Shown here: one piece after another, positions 25,110-36,817 of the stretch
Numbering within the stretch: position 1 is the stretch's first letter
Layout: each line of letters opens with the position of its first letter
Source of the DNA: Negaprion brevirostris
Lineage: Eukaryota
NCBI GenBank assembly: GCA_030324005.1
Contig: JARDVH010000121.1
Coordinates: 23,556,680-23,620,668, forward strand
Direction: 5' to 3'
Length of the DNA stretch: 63,989 nt
Program-made: the position numbers and the translations under genes
The notes under the pieces: generated by a model
What the model saw: the letters and a program-made list of their open reading frames with translations, nothing else
What the model was told of the DNA's origin: nothing
Databases searched by the model: none

Positions 25110-27045
25110 GAGAGGTGGTCATGTATTGGTAATGTCACTGAATCAGCCTCGATTTACTCTCCTGGTGACGAGAATTTGAATCCCCTAATGGGTAGGTTGT
25201 GGAATTTTAATTCAATTATAACATCTTGACTTTAAAAAAAACTAGCTCAAATATTGGTCATGAAACTGTTGTCAATTATTGTAAAAACTTATCCAGTTCA
25301 CTAGTGTCCTTTAGTGAGGGAAATCTGCTCTCCTTACCTGGTCTGGCCTACATGTGACTCCAGACCTACAGCAATGTTCTCTAAAATGAAGCAACAAGTC
25401 ACTCAGCTGTATAAAACTGCTGCAAATTCTAAAAGGAATGTAACTAGACAGACCTCTTGGCATCAACCTAGGCATTGGAAATGAGAATGGCACATTCAAG
25501 CTTGCAAAGTTGTCCTTATTCATATCTGGGGGCATCTGCCAAAATTAGAAGAGCTGTCCCACAGACTAATTTTGACAGGGTTACACTTACAGAATCATAC
25601 CTTTTAGATTGATTGGCCGTGATAAATTGCCCCTTAGTGTTGGGGAATTAGAGGGATGAATGCATGGGGTTACGGCAATGGGGCCTGGGTGGGATTATTG
25701 TCAGCGCAGGCTCAATGGACTGAATGACTTCCTTCTGCACTATAGGGATTCTATGATTCTATAATGGATCCAGACACCATCACTGTCCCTGAGGTGGCAG
25801 CAAAGTGGTATACTGTCAGGAGGGAGTTGCTCTGGGAGTCCTCAACATTGACTCCAGACCCCACAAAGTTTCGGACCATCGGGTCAAACGTGCAAGGANN
25901 NNNNNNNNTTCATAACTCTCAAGCTGTTGAACCAGTACTCTTCCATTTGAACACTACTTGGAGGAAGCATCGAGTGTGGCAAGGATGCAGAATGTATTGT
26001 GGATGGGGACTTCATGTCCGTCCATCACCAAGAGTGGTTCAGTAGCATCACTACTGACTGAGCTGTCTCTAGAGGACATGACAGCTAGCCTGGTTCTGCG
26101 GGGGCAGGGGAGTTGTTAAATGAAAAGAGAGAAAAACTAATACTCACCAATCTACTGGTCACAGTTGCATCAGTCCATGGTAGTATTAGTAAAAGTGACC
26201 ACTGCTCAGTCCTTGTGGAAACAAAGTCCTGTCTTTATATTGTGTATACTCCCAATGCATTGTGTTGCAATACCACTGTGCTGAATGGGATAGATTTTAA
26301 ACAGATCTAACAACTCAAAATTGAGCATACATGAGGCTCTGTGGGCCACCAGCCACAACAGAGTTATGCTCAACTAAATCTGCAAATAAATTATGACCCG
26401 GCATACCCTCAACTCCACTATTACCACCAAACCAGGGTATCAATCCTGGTTCAATGAAAAGTGCTGGAGGGCATGCCAGGAGCAGCCTGGTGGAGCTATA
26501 ACACATGACGACTTGCAATCCAAACAGTGGAAGCGAAGTGATCCCACATATAACACATCAGATCTAAATTCTGCAGTGCTGCCACATTCAGTGTGAATAG
26601 TGGACAATTAAATAACTAACAAAACAAGGAAGCTGCGTGAATATTTTCATTTGCAATGGTGGCAGAATCCAAGACATGACCACAAAAGATAAGGGTGAAG
26701 CAGTTGCAGTCATCTTCAGCCTGAAGTGCTGAGCGGATGATCTACCTTGGCAAACTCTTGGGTCCTCCCCATTATAGATGCCAGTTTACAGCAAATTTGA
26801 TTTACTCTACATGACAAGAAGAAACAGATAAAGACACGGATACTGCAAAAGGTTATAGGGCCTGACAATATTCCAGTAAAGTTGAAGACTTGTACTGCAG
26901 AAATTGCTGTGCCCCTAGCCAAGCTGTTTCAGCATATCCACAACACAGGCGTCTACCTGGTAATGTGGAAAATTGTGCTGGTATGTCCTGGACACAAGAA
27001 GCAGGATAAATCCAACCCGAGCTATTATTGCCTCATCAGTCATCT
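25110..27045 (+). mobile_element. 5' half of a Zenon-like LINE with tRNA-like head, endonuclease and start of RT
   Basis: The SINE-type head and body (25110-25412) run straight into IWG..PKLEELSHRL, SKSDHCSVLVE, SWFNEKCWRACQEQ and KTCTAEIAVPLAKLFQ...WKIVLVCPGHKKQDKSNPSYY. Confidence 0.85.
25605..25762 (+). mobile_element. 5'-truncated HE1 SINE inside the LINE
   Basis: GATTGGCC...AAATTGCCCCTTAGTGT...TTCTGCACT...GATTCTATGATTCTAT. Confidence 0.85.
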
Positions 27046-27049
27046 CTCA

Positions 27050-27763
27050 CAACAGATGCCTATCACAACAGGTCTTAGGGGGTAGGTTGGTATGATGTGT
27101 TCTATGGTCTGGAACTCCTGGTCACAACCACACTTTATGTCATGTCTTACCTTGCCTTTTGTGGAGCAGGTGGCTGCATCATCCTTGCCCTGTGCGGATT
27201 CAGTAAAGCACCATTCACTCTACTTGACAGAGGCTGAAGCCAGGAGCATCCACTCTTGTGTTAGTGATCCAATACTTTTTTCCTAGTGCTGCTTGGCGCC
27301 CACAGCTTTGCCCATCTCAATAGTAGGTTGATCTCAACTGCACCTCCTTGATGGCGTTTTCAAGATCTCATGAATGGGAAGATCAATGTTACTCATGATC
27401 TCTCTGATTTTATAGAGCACAATAGCATCACAGATGGGAGATTGTGAAACAGTGTAAGGAACCAGTTGCTTGGCTGGGTTTGAAGTTGTGACACTATCCA
27501 GATGAGAGCAGTGTATAGCTGCGTATCCATGAACTTCATGGGGCATCTCCAGGGCCACGAGGCAGAGCAGTATTCTGCAGCAGAGTGGACTAGGGCCACT
27601 GTGCAGTGTGAAATGTTCTCACTCTACTCAAATATAACACTCCAGATAGCTTCAAAATGAAGTTCATCCTGACTTTTAACCAATTCCCAAAATGTCATAG
27701 GACTTCTTGCATCAGTAGCTTTTTAAGCTATCTTGTGCAGGCCATTGTCATCGGATACCTTGT
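27050..27763 (-). mobile_element. Vingi/Ingi-type LINE 3' fragment
   Basis: Translations LALVHSAAEYCSASW and KIREIMSNIDLPIH, plus a C-terminal zinc knuckle remnant KCGCDQEFQTIEHII. Confidence 0.7.
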
Positions 27764-29038
27764 NNNNNNNNNNNNNNNNNNNNNNNNNNNNNNNNNNNNN
27801 NNNNNNNNNNNNNNNNNNNNNNNNNNNNNNNNNNNNNNNNNNNNNNNNNNNNNNNNNNNNNNNNNNNNNNNNNNNNNNNNNNNNNNNNNNNNNNNNNNNN
27901 NNNNNNNNNNNNNNNNNNNNNNNNNNNNNNNNNNNNNNNNNNNNNAAGCTTGAGGTGAATCAGCGTTGAAAACGTGCACCCTTCAGTTCTGACAGGAAAT
28001 GGGGACGTTCTGTTATAGTACATAGGCATCTCATTTCTGCATTCAACATCTTAGGAGACTATCAAATGAATAGCGAAACCTGATATCCTACTGGAGTCTT
28101 TTCCCATCATATTAAATGAAATACTTGCTGTTCGGAGTCAGCTGCAAGTGTACCTGCAGCCAATTATAGTAATTCACTGTAACAATCACCTGAACTTTTC
28201 TATTAGATTACTGCTTTGCAATTCACTTGGCTTGAGGGCTGGAGTTGACAATATGATGGTCAGTAAGTTAATTTTAATCACAGTGCCCAGAGTGATCGAG
28301 GTGACTATATTATGTCCTCAGCACATTACTATCAAGTGCGTAAACAAAGATGAAACATTATTGAATTAGAAGAAAGTTCAATATAATTTAGTAATCAAGG
28401 GAAACTAAGAATGAAAGAATCATACAGCACTGCAGTAGGCAATTCAGCCCAAAGAATTTGTGTCAGCTCTTTGAAAAAAATATCCAATTAGTCACTGTAG
28501 TCCTATATTGTTTTACTGGTAAATACACCTGCTATTCTGTGATATAGCAAGTTAAAAATTGTGTAACCAACCTATGAGAAAGAAGGGCAGATAAAGAGCT
28601 TGGAACTTGTCTTCTACTGACATGTAATTTCTGTGTAACATCACTACCCCCATTAGTCCTTCAGTTTCCTAGGAATGGCAAAAAAATTTCATTAAACCTG
28701 GAAAGCTTCACAAATATCCTGCCTGACCTTGATAGACAAATGTTAAAGGATCATAACTCTTTGATGTGGGGTTATGAATAAAAATGTTTTTTTTTAAATA
28801 AGAGATTGAGTAGCTGAGAAGATTTAAGTGTATTGAACTGGTTTTTATAAAATGAGATTTGATATATTTATATATAGTAAAAGCTGTTTATAGATATTTG
28901 GAATGATACTTTATTTCATCGCAGCATGGGTCCTGAGTTCTGCCCATTGTGAATAGGTTGGTATGGAAAACGTAAGAATAAAGGGTGGTGGGCAGTGGAC
29001 CATGAGTTGGCACTGATTTGGTGTAGGGGGCTATAAGG

Positions 29039-29147
29039 GGCCAGAAATCTCCAACCCTTCCTGCTGGTGATATCTCCTGGTTCTCCTAAAGTTAATGAAC
29101 ATTTGACTACTTTGTCGCATTTGTGGCAGGCCTGGAAAATACCAGCC
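29039..29147. mobile_element. Short MITE (GGCC/GGCT-AGAATT TIR family)
   Basis: GGCCAGAAATCTCC...GGAAAATACCAGCC imperfect TIRs; related to 54437-54555. Confidence 0.5.
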
Positions 29148-29250
29148 ATGNNNNNNNNNNNNNNNNNNNNNNNNNNNNNNNNNNNNNNNNNNNNNNNNNN
29201 NNNNNNNNNNNNNNNNNNNNNNNNNNNNNNNNNNNNNNNNNNNNNNNNNN

Positions 29251-29500
29251 CACCTGGTTCACTAATGTCCCTTTAGGGAAGGAAATCTGCCATCCTTGCC
29301 TGGCCAGACCTACACGTGACTCCAGAGCCACAGCAATGTGGTTGACTCTCAACTGCCATCTGAAATGGCCTAGCAAGCCACTCAGCTGTATCTGCATTTC
29401 GAGAAGGCAGCTGACCATCATCTTCCAAAGGCCAACTAGGGATGGGCAATAAATGCTGGCCAGCCAGCGACGCTCATGCGCCATGAATGAATTTTTAAAA
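29251..29500 (+). mobile_element. tRNA-headed SINE with Zenon-like tail (head in a gap)
   Basis: CTGGTTCACTAATGTCCCTTTAGGGAAGGAAATCTGCC...CCACTCAGCTGTAT joined to TTCGAGAAGGCAGCT...GGGATGGGCAATAAATGCTGG...CCATGAATGAAT. Confidence 0.88.
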
Positions 29501-29598
29501 ATTGCAGCCAGTTTGGGCCCAGTGAACTGCCACAGACAATTGATAATGACCCGACAATCTGTCGTAATTGCAACAAGTTAAGGATAAATGTTGATTTT

Positions 29599-29965
29599 TG
29601 ATTTGATTTTTTTAAAATTTGATTTATCCTTGTCNNNNNNNNNNCTTGCGTGCTATACAGACAAAGCATACCGTACATAGAGAAGGAAAGGAGAGAGTGC
29701 AGAATGTAGAATTACAGTCATCACTAGGGTGTAGAGAAAGATCAACTTAGTGCAAGGTAGGTCCATTCAAAAGTCTGATTGCAGCAAGGAAGAAGCTGTT
29801 CTTGAGGCGGTTGGTACCTGATCTCAGGTTTTGTATCTTTTTCCCCACAGAAGAAGGTGGAAGAGAGTACACCCAGGGTGCATGGCGTCCATAATTATGC
29901 TGACTGCTTTCCCAAGGCAGCGGGAAGTGTAGGGTCAATGTATGGGAGGCTGGTTTGTGGGCTGG
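29599..29965 (-). mobile_element. Rex1/Babar LINE 3' end
   Basis: Translation LRSGTNRLKNSFFLAAIRLLN and an (AATCA)n-type tail. Confidence 0.8.
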
Positions 29966-31427
29966 GATGCAGAGTCAAACTCACCTGTTCTTATTCGAAA
30001 ACATGCCACATGACTTTTCATATCCATATCAATTTAACACTCAGGATTCTTCCATCTCACTCGCCCTGTCATTGCTGCCAATGAGAACGGAGAGCTTGGC
30101 ATTCTGTCAGAAGTCCATTTGTGGCAGGCCTGGAAAATACCAGCCATGGGTTTAAAGGGCCTTTGATGTGTGGATAGGGGATCATAGTTCAGCAAAGAAG
30201 GTCTGAGAAACCATTGAGGGTGGGTGGGAGACATGGGTTTGCATGAGCTTGCTTGGGGTTGGGAGACAGGTGAAGGGATATAAAAGGTAAGAACTAATTT
30301 AAAAAAAAAACTGAGATGAGATCCCAGAGAAATGAGGCAGATCTTTTAAACAGAACTATTTCATGTCACTTCAAATTGCAATCAAGACTAAAATTCTGCA
30401 GCTTTTCAAACTGCAAATATTTAGCGCTAATATGCTTGAAAATTACAGTCTGCTCATGAGGAAAGCAGACGGTTCTTGATAGATTTTACAGACAAGAGTT
30501 GCTTACATATTAGTGCACAATTTGAATGAAATGCGGTTTAGATTGGCAATTTTAATAGTGGGTTCAACTTAATAATAACCTCATAAGAGGAATAAATATT
30601 AGTAATGGAACTCTATTCGATAAATTGCATTTATATAATAGCTTTCATATCTTCCCCAATATCTGAATGTACTTCAGAATTAACAAGTTACAAAATGCTT
30701 GGAAGATTAATCAATGTTGTTTGGTGGGCAAAATTGCACAGCAAGTTCAGTCAAGCTGCAATTGAAATGTGACCAATTAATCTGCTTTGGTTGTGGAAGG
30801 AATGTTAGTTAAAACAGAGTGAAAACTGAGTTTCTTCACAATATATACTGTGAGATATTTTATATCTATTAAACTCAACATTTCCTGACTCAGAAGCCAA
30901 GAATGCTCAGTGAATCAGTGAGTCAGCCTGACATTTTAGTGCAATATTGAGGTACTGAATTGTAGACTTTTCTATATATAGCATATAATTCAGTGTGCTC
31001 TTTTATGTGTAATTAATAACAGCCACATGTTTCTCTCCATTTGTAAGTCAATGTGTGAAGAGGGTTGATTATTTAAAAGGACAAAATCTTTCTCTAATGA
31101 GGTGATTAACAATATCCAGCGTTATTGAATTCTATTTATTTTCCATCTAGAAAATGTGTTGGTAACTGATTGCCACCAGATTAAAATGTGGCCCTAGAAT
31201 CAAAACAAAACGTGTACAAGGTATTCATTTTTTATTACTTACTTTCACATTCTTCCATGTGAGTCTCACACATGCCCATTGCAACTATGAGTATGACATG
31301 TACATTTGCTATAGCTGTTTGAGTAGATAACCAATACAAACTAGATCCAAGTTGGGAGAGAGAGAGAGAGAGCGGGGAATGGGGATGGGGGAAGAAGAAA
31401 GAGAAAAAGACTGGGAGAGACTCTAGT

Positions 31428-31950
31428 AACAAAAAAGACTTGCATTATGATAATACCTTCCTCCTCTTCTTCTTTAGGTAGTCCCTAGGAATTGAGAATA
31501 ATTTACTTCTGCTCTAGCTTAAGTTCAGAGATGAACAGTACGTCATCTGCCTTTCACAGTCTCAGGAAGTCTCAGATTGCTTTCCAGCGAATAAAGCACT
31601 TTTGAAGTGTTGCCATTATTGTAATATTGGAACTTTAGCCACTAATTTTGCACAACCAAGGCCCACAAACATGGATATGATAATGATCAGATAATCTACT
31701 GTTAGTGATATTGGTGGATACGCAAGAATAGGCCAGGACACTGAAAAGAATCTCCTGCTATTCTCTGAACAATGCTGTGATTTTGTTCACGGCCACCTGA
31801 GAGAAAAGATAGAGGTTTGGTTCAATATCTCATCCAAAAAACAGCAGCTCTGATAGTGCATCATTCCCTCAATGTAAAATTAGATCTTCTGCTTGAGTCA
31901 CTGGAGTGTTAAACTTACAACATTTTAAGTAAGCCATGAGCCATGGCTGA
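31428..31950 (-). mobile_element. Decayed DeuSINE (SacSINE1-like) with a small RTE-like insert near 31460-31530
   Basis: Deu-domain-like GGCCAGGACAC...CCACCTGAGAG...TCTCATCCAAAA.ACAGCAGCTCTGATAGTGCA.CATTCCCTCA on the plus strand, recognised from recall of the consensus. Confidence 0.65.
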
Positions 31951-33433
31951 GAAAGGATTCAAATACTGAAACATAACAGCTTGGTAGAAGCCCAGTGAAC
32001 AATTCTGAATTGTGCGATATTAAAGTCTTTGCAATGTTAGAGTATACAGTATGGCACATTATGTCAATGTGGATAGTCTTTCTTTGGGTTCCTGACTGTG
32101 GACAGCATGTGGAGAGTGGAGAAGCTTGAATCAATAACTTGCATTATGAAAATATGACTGAACACACGCCATTACTTTGACACAAGTGTTCTGCCCACCA
32201 TGAATTCTAACGAATGATTCACTCAAAATAATAAAGTATGCCATTGCTTATTTATACAGGATCTCACGAACAAAGTGCAGCGAAACACCACACTGAACAT
32301 TTAAGTAGAAAGATGAAGAATGCACACTATAAACTTAAAAATGCCAATCATACAGAGACATAATCAGATAGATATAAGGTATCTGTGCCCACAGATGGCA
32401 AAAAAAGTTATGTCCCTTTATTTACCCATTAGTTTTCTGGTGATTTTACTGAGAAAATCCTGAAGAGTGAAGGAGTTAANNNNNNNNNNNNNNNNNNNNN
32501 NNNNNNNNNNNNNNNNNNNNNNNNNNNNNNNNNNNNNNNNNNNNNNNNNNNNNNNNNNNNNNNNNNNNNNNNNNNNNNNAACAGAGCTGTCAAATTTTAT
32601 GCAGCATGAGCGGCAATGATAAATTTGACACCTTGTCATTGTCTCCTGGGTGTAAAAATCTCACATCCAACTTTCTGGAACTGAAAAGCAACACATTGAA
32701 ATTTTATTGCAGACGATGGGACTTCTTAAGTACCACTAATTAACAATGTGATTGACTCAACCATCACCATATTTAGAAAACACATTGAAAAGATAATAGC
32801 CATCAAATCAAGCTGATCAAAATTATCTTGTTTAATCGTTTAATGTTCACTCTCAATCTGTTGTCATGGACTCTTCACTTCATGGATTGAGATGAATGAG
32901 TTCAAATCTGTAATGGAGTGTCATCTTGAAGAAGTCATTTAGTTGTAGTATGACAATATGCTGAATGGAGTACGATAGATATCAGCAAAAGCACTGATAT
33001 GGCATGTACACACGATGCATGCTTGTTATCACAAGAATAGACATGAAACCCACTCACTATGCAAAGCAGATAACATCACAAGAACATGTTCAACATCAAT
33101 ACATTGTGCAAGGCAATGTCACAAGAAGTGTATATACTGTGAAAAGCAAATAGTGTGGCAACATGTGTTTTGAAATCTGCGCTGTGCAATGGCAAGGATA
33201 TTCATAACAACTGATGTTAACATGGTACTACCAACCGTCAGCCTTCACCTTAACCCCTTAGCAGAAGAATACCAGGAATAGCTCTTCTCAATTTGAGGTG
33301 ATACAGTTTGACATGATTGATACTTCATCTGTGGACTTTTATGACACTGCCTAATACAGAACCACAGATTTCAATTATCTTCTCACCAGATTTTACTACA
33401 TAAGTTGCACGATAGGGCTGTTACAATAGGATT

Positions 33434-33524
33434 GATGTGGACATACCTGCGTTGGACTAGGGTAAACACAGTAAGAAGTCTGACAACACCAGGTTTAAGA
33501 TCTTAAACCTGTCAGACTTCTTAC
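33434..33524. mobile_element. Miniature fold-back Penelope terminal fragment
   Basis: Matches the Penelope end at 57289 and 63113. Perfect inverted arms, flanked by the direct repeat TTACAATAGGATTG. Confidence 0.8.
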
Positions 33525-34409
33525 AATAGGATTGGACATGCTAATTCTTTATCACGGTAAATCTGATGTTATACTTTGAAGGCATGAGGTCATGACAGGA
33601 TAATGTCAATAGATACAGTCCATGAGATTAAACTGGGGACAACCGAGCATCAACTCAATGAGTGGCCTGCCATTAGCCGATGACGTGATCTTCTGGTCCT
33701 GCCACGTTCAATGGGTTTTCCCATTGTTCACACCCTCCACTGCCAGGGAACCCATGGCAAGGGGTTCACCATTGGCAGGTTCAGAAAACCATTGTTTAAG
33801 TTTTCTCATCTCAAAGGTTTGCCTCAACAAATAGTTTTCTGAATGTTGCACGTTTTACTAAAATGCATAACCTTCATACACATGGCTGATGTTGAAAATA
33901 TAATCTAAGGGCTTGCAAAAACATCACCACAATACTTACATTATAGTGTAAAATCACCAATTGATAACTTCAATGTCTTGAGCCATCAATCACCATCAAA
34001 AATATAAAAGCACAAAACAGTTGCTAGATTTGTCACTGGCAATAATCTAAATTTGCCCATCAAAATGCTGTAATCCTTTTTTCAAATATTAAGTGGCATG
34101 ACAGGGTGCAGGTAGAGTTGATTTTGAGTGAGAAAGTTGTCATACCATTCGATCTTTGAAGTAGTAGGAACAAAAAAGTTATCAGAGCAATTTTACTGGC
34201 AGTTCATGAGTAAGCCTGGGTGCTCTTTCCGAAGTTGGTATAATTCGTTAGATTAAATGGGCTTCCTCTGCACTGTTGGGATTCTATGGATTTGTCACTA
34301 GACCACAAGGGTGACATGTTTTAATCTACCCTGCCAACCAAATATAATTCCAAAGATTTATCATCAAATACTGTGCCAAAAATAGATATTAGTTGTGGTT
34401 TATTTATTT

Positions 34410-34710
34410 GATATCCCTCCATGCTCTTGCCTGCTCCAATGAGTGCTCCTCTAATTCTGGCCTGTTGTGCATTCCTAATCATAACTGCTCCATTAATGAT
34501 GGTCTTATCTCAGGTGCTTATGCCCCAAATTTTGGAATTTCCTTGCTACATCTCTCCACTTCATTCTCCTCTTTTCAAGTACTTCTTTCAGACAAGCTTT
34601 TGGTTATTTGATCTGATATCTCTTTATAAGGCTTGGTGTCATAATTTGTTTTGTCATGTTCCCATGAAATGCCTTGATTTCTTTCCATTAAAGGCACCAA
34701 ATAAGCTGCT
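34410..34710 (+). mobile_element. L2-like LINE 3' end remnant
   Basis: CTCCTCTAATTCTGGCCTGTTGTGCATTCC...GGAATTTCC...CTCTCCACTTC...AAGCTTTTGGT pattern of L2 tails. Confidence 0.5.
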
Positions 34711-35621
34711 GTTAACTGGTGCAGACTTTTTTTGTTAAATCACAATGTATAAAATTCACAAAAAAAAAAATCAATACAAGTGTGATGATTTCTTCCTATA
34801 TATAAGTACATTGCATAAGTGAGGAACAGACTATACAATTCAAATATGAACATACTTGTGATTAGTTCAGATAGTTTTTGAAGTACAACTGCTTTCTAAT
34901 TTAGTAAGGAACTTTGAAATGGTATGAAGCTCAAAATACTATTAAATGTTTTCAAAAGGTTTTGAATAGATAGAGTGTGAAGGAAGCGTGGTGCATATGA
35001 ACTGATAGTGAAATACAATAGCTATGTAAATAGGTGTACAAAAATATAGCCTTGTATATAGTTTCTGGAAAACTTTACATTCCTCTTATGTAAACATTGT
35101 TTATCTGTGCATTCACTTTTTCAATAATTGCTTAATAAATCCAGTTGGCAATTTACAGCTAAGTAGTAAGACTTAGTAGTGTACCATTTTGCCATTTCTC
35201 AAGAAACTGGTAGAAGCACGGACTAGAACCAAGCAGGCAAATTTAAAGAAGGCTTTCCCATTTGTTATTCAGGCAACTTCAACCTGATCTATTTTCTAAT
35301 TATCTCCTTTTGCTTTCGTAGTAAGGTGGTGTACTTTAAGTTGCAAAGCCTCGCTGTTATTTGCTTGTTGTGGGGTCACTAAAGAAATTGGAGTTGGAAA
35401 AGCCTACCACTTAGCTCATTTATTGGCAACAATTTTGTCAACGAGATCCATTAACACATGCTAAGCTCCTAATGTGTATGCTCAAGTCTGTCTCAAGTGT
35501 CCATCCAACATACTTAAACACAGGCCCCACGAATTTGATAGTGGAACCATGGCTTCAGCAGGTCATGCTAAAGGCGACCCACTATCACAACACAGGAGAA
35601 ATGTTTACCAATTGTTCAGAA

Positions 35622-35937
35622 AGAATGTTCCCAATGGTGGGGGAGTTCAGAACTAGGGGTCATAGTTTGAGGAGAAGGCATAAACATTTTAGCACCGAGG
35701 TGAGGAGAAATTTCTTCACCTAGAGAATGCTGGATCTGTGGAATTCACTACCACAAAGCAGTGGAGGCCAAAATGTCGTGTGAATTCAAGAAAAAATTAG
35801 ATATAGCATTTGGGGCTACAGGAAATGGAGGAAAGGCAGGATCAGGATATTAAATATAATTAGCTATGATCAAAATGAATGGTGGAGCAGACTTGAAGGG
35901 CTGAATGGCTGACTCCTGTTTCTATTTCCTATGTTTC
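35622..35937 (+). mobile_element. CR1 LINE 3' end
   Basis: Translation MFPMVGEFRTRGHSL...RRNFFT and the tail GAAGGGCTGAATGGCTGACTCCTGTTTCTATTTCCTATGTT. Confidence 0.85.
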
Positions 35938-36817
35938 AATGTCCCCTCAAGAAGGATCAGCTGATACAGTTCGGAGAGTACACTGATATCATTCACAGGG
36001 AATACCTTCATATTATTGTGACTTTGATGCTTTTGCAAGGGATAGAAATCCTCTACAAAATTGAAAAAAGCAATCTGTTTTGGCATTTGAAATATATTCT
36101 CACACCAGAAATATGACAAACAACTAGCATAATTCCATCTAAATTGCATTATTGAATTGCTCCTACTCATTAAGGTGAGGGATTGCAATGAGAAAGACTT
36201 TTCACTTTGATACTCAGGTCAGAGACTGTACAAGTCAGTGGCTGCAGCTCAGTTTACACTGCCCCAACATACATGGTTGGGAAAGAGGCCCCGACTACAC
36301 TCTTGCTAATGTTTTTTCCTGCACCTGCCAAGCCAACATAATCCTTACATATCCTTCCCACACAAGAAAACAGAACAATTCAAGCATGTTTCTGTTCTTC
36401 CTGAGATCTGCAGGCTTACAGATTGTTAAAATGGTGTTGGAATGATTCAGTCAAGGCNNNNNNNNNNNNNNNNNNNNNNNNNNNNNNNNNNNNNNNNNNN
36501 NNNNNNNNNNNNNNNNNNNNNNNNNNNNNNNNNNACAAACCTACATCTCAATCGTCTGTCAATATTGATCCATGGAAAGCAGTTCTCCTTGAAGAATCTA
36601 TTTCCTCTTCAGAGCTAGTTTTATTTGTAAAGGTGATCCCTAGTGGTATAAATATTCCCTGGTTAAACAAAAGTATTAAGCTTCACTTTGAAGGAGCTAC
36701 TTAATATACTGTCAAGCAATTTTGGTTGGGATCACACTGGTATGATTTGTTACTTTTCTTCATATACAGGATATGGACATCATTAGCAAGCCCACATTTG
36801 TGTTCCCATCCCTAATT

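Noticed and set aside
31356-31410. GA-rich tract
   Set aside because: A short ordinary microsatellite or purine tract with no further structure.
36535-36700. Possible minus-strand exon after an acceptor-like TTTTGTTTAACCAG (GIFIPLGITFTNK...)
   Set aside because: Short, ends in a stop, unrecognised, and adjacent to a gap.
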